Source: Actinomycetota bacterium
GTDB lineage: Bacteria > Actinomycetota > Actinomycetes > S36-B12
Assembly (NCBI GenBank): GCA_017857875.1
Contig: JAFMCH010000002.1
Span: 55,893 to 119,892 of the forward strand
Length of the DNA: 64,000 nt
Direction of reading: 5' to 3'
The notes under the pieces are model-generated. The model did no database searches, had not been told where the DNA came from, and saw only the letters and a list, made by a program, of their open reading frames with translations. Positions 57,416 through 64,000 of the stretch are shown here, in pieces (the first letter of the stretch is position 1; each line of letters starts with the position of its first letter). A program made the translations under genes and the position numbers.

Positions 57416-58178
57416 CGCATGGAGCGTTGCGACCACGCCTCGCTGGATTAGTTTGACGGTGGTGGCTGTGCTGGCCACGGCGCTGTGTGTGTTCTTGGCC
57501 TACTGGCAGGGCAGTCGCACCCAGGACATCTTAAATGCCGAGCGTGCGGCCTTATCGGCGCCGGTCTTGATTGACCAGGCGCTGAGTGAGGACGGAGCCT
57601 TGCCAAACGCGGCGATTGGCCGACCGGTTGTCGTGGTGGGTACATATGAGCCGGCCAGTCAACGGGTTGTGAGTAATCGAGTGTTGCCCACGGCTACTGA
57701 AGACCTGCCCGGTGTGTGGGTGGTGGCGAGCGTTAGGTCGGGCTCGTGGGCAGTGCCGGTACTTCGTGGCTGGATACCCGAGGACGAGGTCGACGCATTG
57801 GCGTTGCCGGAGGGACTGGTGGAGATCACCGGTGTGCTGCAGCCGTACGAAGCGTTCTACACCGAGTCAACACCGTCGGCGGGTGAGCCACTTATCGCCA
57901 TTACCGCTGAGGCTCTTCGGATATCACCAGATGTTGTCGGCGGGTTCGTAGTTTTAGCATCGCAAGTGCCGAAGGACGTGGGTGATCCGATTCCGGTTCC
58001 TCCCACCGTGCAAACCTCTGACGTTCCGTTCCCATTTCAAAATTTTGCGTACACCATTCAGTGGCTTGTTTTCGCCGGAGTTGTTTGGTTCATGTGGGGG
58101 CGCTGGTTACGTCTAGACGTGCTTCGGGCCCGCGAGGAAGAGCGCGAAACTCCCCAGCGGGATAACCTGAAGACATGA
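57393..58178 (+). CDS. SURF1-family protein
   Basis: An N-terminal TM helix followed by YWQGSR and a C-terminal TM helix are present. I chose the ATG at 57393. Confidence 0.65.
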   Translation: MENPPVRSAWSVATTPRWISLTVVAVLATALCVFLAYWQGSRTQDILNAERAALSAPVLIDQALSEDGALPNAAIGRPVVVVGTYEPASQRVVSNRVLPTATEDLPGVWVVASVRSGSWAVPVLRGWIPEDEVDALALPEGLVEITGVLQPYEAFYTESTPSAGEPLIAITAEALRISPDVVGGFVVLASQVPKDVGDPIPVPPTVQTSDVPFPFQNFAYTIQWLVFAGVVWFMWGRWLRLDVLRAREEERETPQRDNLKT

Positions 58179-58504
58179 ATGGGGCGTTGCTTCGATTTCG
58201 TGTCATGGCTTGGGTCACCGGCGTATTGCTTGCTGTCATGACCGTCGTGGGATTGCCCCTGAAGTATGTGTTCGAAGCAACCGATAGCGGTTTCGCCGGA
58301 TCGTTCTATGCCATCGGTTGGCAGGCGCATGGCTGGCTCTATGTGCTCTACCTCGTAACGGCACTTGATATCTGTTTTCGACTGCGCTACAGCGTTTTTC
58401 GCACTCTGGCAGTCTTGATCGCCGGTACGATTCCTTTTGCGTCGTTCTTTGCTGAACATCTGATTGCCAAGGAAGTGCGAGCCAGGCAGGCAGCTGCCGT
58501 CTAA
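58175..58504 (+). CDS. DUF3817-like small membrane protein
   Basis: Length is 109 aa with 3-4 TM helices and N-terminal LLRFRVMAWVTG. The family call is from memory. Confidence 0.6.
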   Translation: MNGALLRFRVMAWVTGVLLAVMTVVGLPLKYVFEATDSGFAGSFYAIGWQAHGWLYVLYLVTALDICFRLRYSVFRTLAVLIAGTIPFASFFAEHLIAKEVRARQAAAV

Positions 58505-59391
58505 CCGTGCGGGGCATCCTCTAACGATGCCATCGGATTCTTGTCCGGCCGCGTGGCCAGGTAAGAACCTAAGATCACCAGCGGGAAACCGATGATCAAG
58601 CCAAACGTGATTGGTTCGGACAAAATAACGACTCCGAGCAGGACTGCCACGGCTGGGTTGATGAAAGTGATGACTGTGGTGCGGGCCGGCCCTGCCTCGG
58701 CAATCAATGCGAAGAGCAGCACGAACGCAATTGCCGTGCACAAGACGCCAAGAGCGATAACCGACCACCAAGCACTGACGGCTACCGGCTCACTTGGCCA
58801 TTGAAGCCACACGAACGGAGCGTAGACAACGGAATTGATCAATAGGGCAAGCGTGATGACACCGAGGCTCGGCACGTTGCTAAGTCTCATCGCGATGATG
58901 ATCGGACCGAAGGCGTAACCCGTAACGGTGATCAGCGCCGCACCCACGCCGAGGTACTGGCTGCCCTGCACGTCTAGCCCGACGAGCAACGCGACGCCGC
59001 TCACACCCACCATGAGTCCGACCACGCGCATTCCCTTGAGCATCGGGTCGAGGCCCAGAACACGGGCGATAACCGCGGCCACGATGGGAACAGCTGCGAT
59101 CACTAAGGCCGTTGTGGAACTGGTGAGTCTTTGTTCTGCGTATCCCAGCATAAGGAACGGAATTGTGATTTCAACGAAAGCGAAAAGCACGATCCACCGC
59201 CAGTAGCGCAGTGCCGGTATGAGTTGACGGCGCAGGAGGGTGATGGGCAGTAGGAGTAGCCCGGCCAGCGCAACTCGAAGGCCCACAAGCACAGAGGGTT
59301 CGAGGTAATCAACGGCTACTCGAATGAACAGGTATGGCGTGCCCCAAATGAGCGCGAGGGCAATGAACAGCGACCAGCCACGACGCGACAC
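58501..59391 (-). CDS. EamA/DMT-family transporter
   Basis: There are about 10 TM spans in two EamA-like halves. Confidence 0.85.
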   Translation of the reverse strand: MSRRGWSLFIALALIWGTPYLFIRVAVDYLEPSVLVGLRVALAGLLLLPITLLRRQLIPALRYWRWIVLFAFVEITIPFLMLGYAEQRLTSSTTALVIAAVPIVAAVIARVLGLDPMLKGMRVVGLMVGVSGVALLVGLDVQGSQYLGVGAALITVTGYAFGPIIIAMRLSNVPSLGVITLALLINSVVYAPFVWLQWPSEPVAVSAWWSVIALGVLCTAIAFVLLFALIAEAGPARTTVITFINPAVAVLLGVVILSEPITFGLIIGFPLVILGSYLATRPDKNPMASLEDAPHG

Positions 59392-59442
59392 AGGTATCCC
59401 TCGAAAAGTTGTGAGACTGACGTTCAGTAATCGTGTCGAATA

Positions 59443-59754
59443 CTAGAAGGCTGGCGCTGGAGCGGTGAAGGTGCCAATAATCGCCAGCGACAGCAAGATG
59501 ACACTAATGCCGAGTCCGATATAGCCGGTGATGAGCCCCGTCATTGCCTGGCTTCGTCCTCCACTATGGGTGCTCGTGCTGCGCCGCAGCCCCACGTGGC
59601 CGAAGGCAATGGCCAAAATCGGCAAAACCGGCACAAACCACAGGCACACACCGATGGTGACTGATGATACGCCCAGCACCATTGCGGTGATGCTGGCTGT
59701 GTTCGACCTTCGACCTTGGTATTCGGTGCCTGGAGCTCCGGCGGAGTAGGTCAT
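59443..59754 (-). CDS. DUF4190-like small membrane protein
   Basis: There are two TM helices with the AIAFGHVGLRR loop typical of DUF4190. Confidence 0.55.
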   Translation of the reverse strand: MTYSAGAPGTEYQGRRSNTASITAMVLGVSSVTIGVCLWFVPVLPILAIAFGHVGLRRSTSTHSGGRSQAMTGLITGYIGLGISVILLSLAIIGTFTAPAPAF

Positions 59755-60320
59755 GGCTGGACGCTATCGGTAGCCGTGAGTCGCCATTCGATCTCGCGGT
59801 GAGTTAGGGCAAAGCCGCGAGCCAGGTAGTTGCCGAGGGCTGCAGTCGCATCGAGGTCGCAGGTGTGCACGACGCAGGCTTGGGTCCCGGGTAATGACCA
59901 CGCCAGCGCGATGGCTTGTTCGAGGAGCCATCGGCCGATGCCGCGCCCGTGATACATCGGGTAGAGGCCGAAAAAAGCCAATTCAACCGAGCCGCCCGCA
60001 CACTGGTCGAGTTCGGCGTAGCCGATCACGTCGTTCCCGTCGAGGGCAACGAGCAGGTGGTGCTGGGGTCGGTCAGTCCAGGCCGTCCACTGCTCGAGGG
60101 ACCAGTCTTGCCGGTCTACCCAGCCCCACGCGGCGCCGATGTCGAGGTAGAGCTGGCGACTGATGGCCTTGTTGGTGCCGGTCACCTCGCGCAGGTACAC
60201 GCCATTGGGGGCAGCCGATGCGGCCTGATCGGGCGCCTGGGTCATCTGCAGGTGGGTCACGGTGATGGCTGTGGCGCCATCTCGCGGCCCCTCCACGAGC
60301 TGGCCCCATCGAACGCCCAC
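59751..60320 (-). CDS. GNAT-family N-acetyltransferase
   Basis: The acetyl-CoA binding motif YHGRGIGRWLLEQA is present. Confidence 0.75.
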   Translation of the reverse strand: MGVRWGQLVEGPRDGATAITVTHLQMTQAPDQAASAAPNGVYLREVTGTNKAISRQLYLDIGAAWGWVDRQDWSLEQWTAWTDRPQHHLLVALDGNDVIGYAELDQCAGGSVELAFFGLYPMYHGRGIGRWLLEQAIALAWSLPGTQACVVHTCDLDATAALGNYLARGFALTHREIEWRLTATDSVQP

Positions 60321-60404
60321 ATCATTACCCTAATGAAATCCTTGCCCGACCCAGATTGACCCGACCCGAACTAATTGCCGGGTCACCGGGAAGTTTGACG
60401 GTGA

Positions 60405-61841
60405 ATGCGGTTTACTCAGCCTGTGTCGGATGGCCTGCTCGTTGACCTCTCCCGGTTGCAGTTCGCGCTGACAACTTTGGTCCACTACCTGTTTGTCCCG
60501 CTGACGCTCGGCTTGGGTCCGTGGGTAGCGATCTTTGAAACCTTGCGCTACCGCACCGGAGATGAGCGGTACGCCCGATTGTCAAGATTTTTCGGGTCTC
60601 TGTTGCTGATTAACTTTGCCATCGGTGTCGCCTCAGGCATCATCCAAGAGTTCCAGTTCGGCATGAACTGGGCGGTGTTCAGTCGTTTTGTCGGTGATAT
60701 TTTCGGTGCCCCGTTGGCGATGGAAGGACTCTTTGCGTTCTTCTTGGAGTCAACCTTTCTGGGCCTGTGGATTTTCGGCCGCGACCGGCTGCCTCGACTT
60801 CTGCATTTGAGCACGATTTGGCTGTTCGTCATCGGTACCTGGCTATCGGCGTACTTCATTCTCGCCGCCAACTCGTTCATGCAAAATCCCGTCGGTTACG
60901 AACTTGACCCCATCAGTGGCGATGCCGTGCTCACCGGCTTAGGGGAGGTGTTCTTCCAGCCCCTGACGATCTGGGCGTGGTTACACACGATCGTGGGCGG
61001 CGTGATCGCTGCCACGGTGTTCGTCTTCGGCGTCAGCGCCTACCACCTCAAGCGAGGCCAGCACCTGGACCTGATGCGCAAGACATTCCGAGCAGCGATC
61101 GTCACGGGCATCGTTGCCGGTGGTATTCAACTGTTTGTTGGTGATGTTCTCGGCGTCATCATGGTTGACAAGCAGCCGATGAAAATGGCTGCGGCTGAGG
61201 CTGTTTGGGAGACAACGGGGCCGTGTGCGTCGCTAGGGATCGTGGCGATCCCTGACACGGCTGCGCGAGACAACTCATTCGAGGTGGGTATCCCCTGCCT
61301 GTTGTCGATCGTTGCGACCAACTCCTTAAGTGGAGAGGTTGTCGGGATGAACGAGTTGCAGGCCCAATATGAGGAGCAGTACGGGCCTGGCGACTACACC
61401 CCCAACGTTTGGGTCGCGTTTTACGGATTCCGCGCGATGATCGGGTTCGGACTCCTCGGATCAGCATGGATGGTGTTGGCGTGGTGGTTCACGCGGCGCG
61501 GTCGAATGCCAACCTCGCGTTGGTTCTGGGGTATCTCGATTTGGATGATCGCTGCACCCTGGCTGGGCAACCTTTTCGGTTGGATTTTCACCGAGAACGG
61601 TCGCCAACCGTGGGTTGTTTACGGCCTGCTCAAAACCGAAGACGCCGTGTCTGATTTGAGCGTCGGTCTCGTTGCTACGAGTCTGGCCGGTTTCGTGGCG
61701 CTCTACACGATCATCGGCGTGGTCGAGTTCCGCCTCATCCGCCGATATGCCATTCGCGGACCGATGGAGCCGAGTGACCCGATGCCGGGTGAGCCTCCCC
61801 CTGTAGTGAGCAGTTCAGCGGGTAAAGGTTGGACCTCGTGA
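60405..61841 (+). CDS. cydA: cytochrome bd ubiquinol oxidase subunit I
   Basis: N-terminal LSRLQFALTTLVHYLFVPLTLG and a Q-loop region are present, along with GWIFTENGRQPWVV near the C-terminus. Confidence 0.95.
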   Translation: MRFTQPVSDGLLVDLSRLQFALTTLVHYLFVPLTLGLGPWVAIFETLRYRTGDERYARLSRFFGSLLLINFAIGVASGIIQEFQFGMNWAVFSRFVGDIFGAPLAMEGLFAFFLESTFLGLWIFGRDRLPRLLHLSTIWLFVIGTWLSAYFILAANSFMQNPVGYELDPISGDAVLTGLGEVFFQPLTIWAWLHTIVGGVIAATVFVFGVSAYHLKRGQHLDLMRKTFRAAIVTGIVAGGIQLFVGDVLGVIMVDKQPMKMAAAEAVWETTGPCASLGIVAIPDTAARDNSFEVGIPCLLSIVATNSLSGEVVGMNELQAQYEEQYGPGDYTPNVWVAFYGFRAMIGFGLLGSAWMVLAWWFTRRGRMPTSRWFWGISIWMIAAPWLGNLFGWIFTENGRQPWVVYGLLKTEDAVSDLSVGLVATSLAGFVALYTIIGVVEFRLIRRYAIRGPMEPSDPMPGEPPPVVSSSAGKGWTS

Positions 61842-62848
61842 TGCTCGCTTACACGTTCTTTATCGTGATCGCGTTTGTATGGTCGGTCTTTTTGTTTCTC
61901 GAAGGGTTTGACTTCGGGGTCGGCATGCTCACCCGACTCGTTGGTCGCACGCCGGCTGAGCGCGGCACCATTTTACGGGCGATCGGACCCAACTGGGATG
62001 CCAATGAAGTGTGGTTGCTCACCGGTGGCATTCTCATCTTCGCGGCTTTCCCTGCTTGGTACGCGGCTTCATTTCCCTCGGCCTACATTCCACTGCTTCT
62101 GCTTGTCTTCTGCCTCATCATTCGGGCGCTGTCGATCGAGTATCGCTCGAAAAGGCCAAGTGAGCGTTGGACCTCGACCTGGGACAGCTTGACGTTTGCA
62201 ACAGGGCTGCTGCTTCCGCTTTTGGTGGGTGTCTTCTGGGCCGGCATGGTGCACGGCATTCCGATTGACGCAGATGGTCGCTTCACCGGCGACACGTTGT
62301 GGTCGCATATAAATGCCTATTCCGTACTCGGCGGGATCGCTGTGGTGGTCTATTCGATCGCGCACGGGGCAGTTTTCTTGCAAAACAAACTCGATCTGTC
62401 CTGGAAATCGCGACTCGAACCTTGGGCCAATTACGCCGGAATGGCGACGTTGGTTTTGATGGCTGGATTCTCGATTTGGACGGTGCTGGCGTATTCCGCG
62501 GACCTCCTGGGCATTGTCATCGCCGGCGTCGTTGTCATCGCATTTGCTGCCGCTTTCGTAGCCCAGCGCGCAGGCCGATCGTTATTGTCGTTCTGGCTGA
62601 ACGGAATTGGTATCACCGCGTTTATGGCACAGATTTTCGCCGCCCTCTACCCCAACGTGTTACCCAGCACTGTTGATGACGGTTTCAACCTCACCATTGA
62701 GCAGGCTGCCGCCAGCGATTATGCGCTGACCGTGTTGGCTATCACGGCAATTATCGGGATACCAGGTGTCATGGCCTATCAAGCCTGGTCTTTTTGGGTG
62801 CTGCGTGGTCGACTCAAGCGCGAGGAACAGCCCAGCGAGACCTACTGA
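61829..62848 (+). CDS. cydB: cytochrome bd ubiquinol oxidase subunit II
   Basis: N-terminal FLEGFDFGVGML and GPNWDANEVWL motifs are present. The gene overlaps the cydA 3' end. Confidence 0.93.
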   Translation: MDLVMLAYTFFIVIAFVWSVFLFLEGFDFGVGMLTRLVGRTPAERGTILRAIGPNWDANEVWLLTGGILIFAAFPAWYAASFPSAYIPLLLLVFCLIIRALSIEYRSKRPSERWTSTWDSLTFATGLLLPLLVGVFWAGMVHGIPIDADGRFTGDTLWSHINAYSVLGGIAVVVYSIAHGAVFLQNKLDLSWKSRLEPWANYAGMATLVLMAGFSIWTVLAYSADLLGIVIAGVVVIAFAAAFVAQRAGRSLLSFWLNGIGITAFMAQIFAALYPNVLPSTVDDGFNLTIEQAAASDYALTVLAITAIIGIPGVMAYQAWSFWVLRGRLKREEQPSETY

Positions 62849-62875
62849 AGAATCCTTGCTGCCATGTCACGGCTG

Positions 62876-64000
62876 CTAGATCAGGTCAGCGAGGGCGTTA
62901 AACAACCGGTCGACATCGTCGCGGGTGCTGTACGGGGCTAGACCAACCCTGATCGCACCGTGGTCGTCAAGCCCGAGATGACGGGAGCATTCCAGTGCAT
63001 AGAAACTGCCAGACGGTGCCTCAACATTTCGGTCAGCAAGACGTGGTGAAACCTCGGCGCTCACTAAACCATCAACGCTGAACAGAACCGTCGGTGTGCG
63101 ATGAATCGCCCGACTGTAGATCTGCACCCGCGGCATCGTCGTCAAACCTGAAACGAGATAGTCCAACAGGGACTCCTCGTATGCCTCCAAGGCTGCGAAA
63201 GATCGGGTGAGATTTGACCTTCGCGTCTCGTCATTTGCAGTGTCGGCAGGAGGCACCAGGTTGGCCAGCACGTCGACAGCGGCTGTCACGCCGGCGAGTA
63301 ACTCATACGGCAGAGTTCCTAGTTCGAAACGCTCAGGCACGTCCATGGTTGAGGGAGCGAGTTTATCCGGGAAAAGTGACTGGAGGGTAGCGTGATCGGC
63401 AACGAGCGCGCCCAGGTGTGGGCCGAGGAATTTGTAGGGTGAGCACACGAAAAAGTCAGCCCCCATTGCACCCACATCAGGCAGTGAGTGAGCGGTTAGA
63501 TGCACGCCGTCTACAAACATGAGCGCCTCGGACTGGTGAGCCAGGTGGGAGATAGCCGCGATATCTGGCCGCGTTCCAATGAGATTCGATGCGGCGGTGA
63601 CGGCCACCAGGCGGGTGCGCGATGACACCACCGCAGTGAAAGCCTCGACTGGTAGTTCGGTCGTATCAGGGTCAAAGTCGACCCAGCGGATGGTTGCACC
63701 AGCGCGTTCGGCGGCGATCACCCACGGGCGAACATTTGCGTCGTGGTCGAGGCGTGAGACCACAACCTCATCGCCGGGACCCCAATCTTGGGCCAGGGTG
63801 CGCGCCAGATCAAAGGTTAGTTGCGTCATGCTGCGACCGAAGACAACGTCTTGTGAGTGAGCACCGACGAGGTCGGCGATAGCTAAGCGAGCAGACACCA
63901 CGAATGAATCCGCACGCTGTTGCGGAACAGTGGCCGTGCCCCGATTGGAGAGCGGCCCAAGGAGTGAGTCGGCGATCGCGGTGGCGACTGCTAGCGGGGT
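62876..64000 (-). CDS. class-V aminotransferase-fold PLP enzyme (cysteine desulfurase-like), N-terminus beyond window
   Basis: The PLP-lysine context CSPYKFLGPH is present. The reading frame stays open upstream of the listed GTG through to base 64000 (TPLAVATAIADSLLGPLSNRG...), so the gene is 5'-truncated by the window. Confidence 0.8.
   Translation of the reverse strand, partial: TPLAVATAIADSLLGPLSNRGTATVPQQRADSFVVSARLAIADLVGAHSQDVVFGRSMTQLTFDLARTLAQDWGPGDEVVVSRLDHDANVRPWVIAAERAGATIRWVDFDPDTTELPVEAFTAVVSSRTRLVAVTAASNLIGTRPDIAAISHLAHQSEALMFVDGVHLTAHSLPDVGAMGADFFVCSPYKFLGPHLGALVADHATLQSLFPDKLAPSTMDVPERFELGTLPYELLAGVTAAVDVLANLVPPADTANDETRRSNLTRSFAALEAYEESLLDYLVSGLTTMPRVQIYSRAIHRTPTVLFSVDGLVSAEVSPRLADRNVEAPSGSFYALECSRHLGLDDHGAIRVGLAPYSTRDDVDRLFNALADLI

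Overview
This is a densely coded chromosomal segment from a high-GC actinobacterium. No rRNA is present, so finer taxonomic placement is not possible. About 64 protein genes and 2 tRNAs are supported. I found no CRISPR array, transposase or integrase.

Content by region:
- 1-21.3 kb is a housekeeping block: rsmI, metG, tatD, rsmA/ksgA, ispE, a TetR-desaturase pair, tRNA-Gln, glmU, prs, rplY, pth, cysQ-like, mfd, mazG, DUF885, eno, ftsB-like, DUF501 and ppx. From memory, this order matches the conserved mycobacterial/actinomycete core order.
- 21.4-28.7 kb is a LacI-controlled sugar/beta-glucoside uptake locus: an MsiK-like ATPase, a binding protein, two permeases and a GH1 beta-glucosidase.
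- 28.8-36.8 kb holds mixed housekeeping genes: family-5 UDG, def, a BI-1-like protein, cbs, msrA and a cystathionine gamma-lyase/synthase.
- 36.8-55.2 kb is a heterogeneous, probably variable segment. It contains an amidase, a low-GC two-component system with an orphan 812-aa secreted protein, an MFS transporter, an AAA+/VWA pair, a FIST protein, an HExxH + DUF2786 pair, a P450, ilvA and an ABC-2 exporter.
- 55.2-64 kb holds greA, mca, a SURF1-like gene, cydAB and a partial class-V aminotransferase.

I did not find a clear novel multi-gene system such as a defence island. The items most worth a second look are:
1. A well-folded 73-nt class-I tRNA whose anticodon reads UAA by hand folding.
2. 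The low-GC island carrying the two-component system and the orphan secreted protein, together with its AT-rich, repeat-bearing control region.
3. The tightly coupled AAA+/VWA pair divergent from a FIST gene.
4. The translationally coupled HExxH/DUF2786 pair.

All calls rest on motif recognition in the supplied translations and on hand inspection of the DNA. No database search was run.
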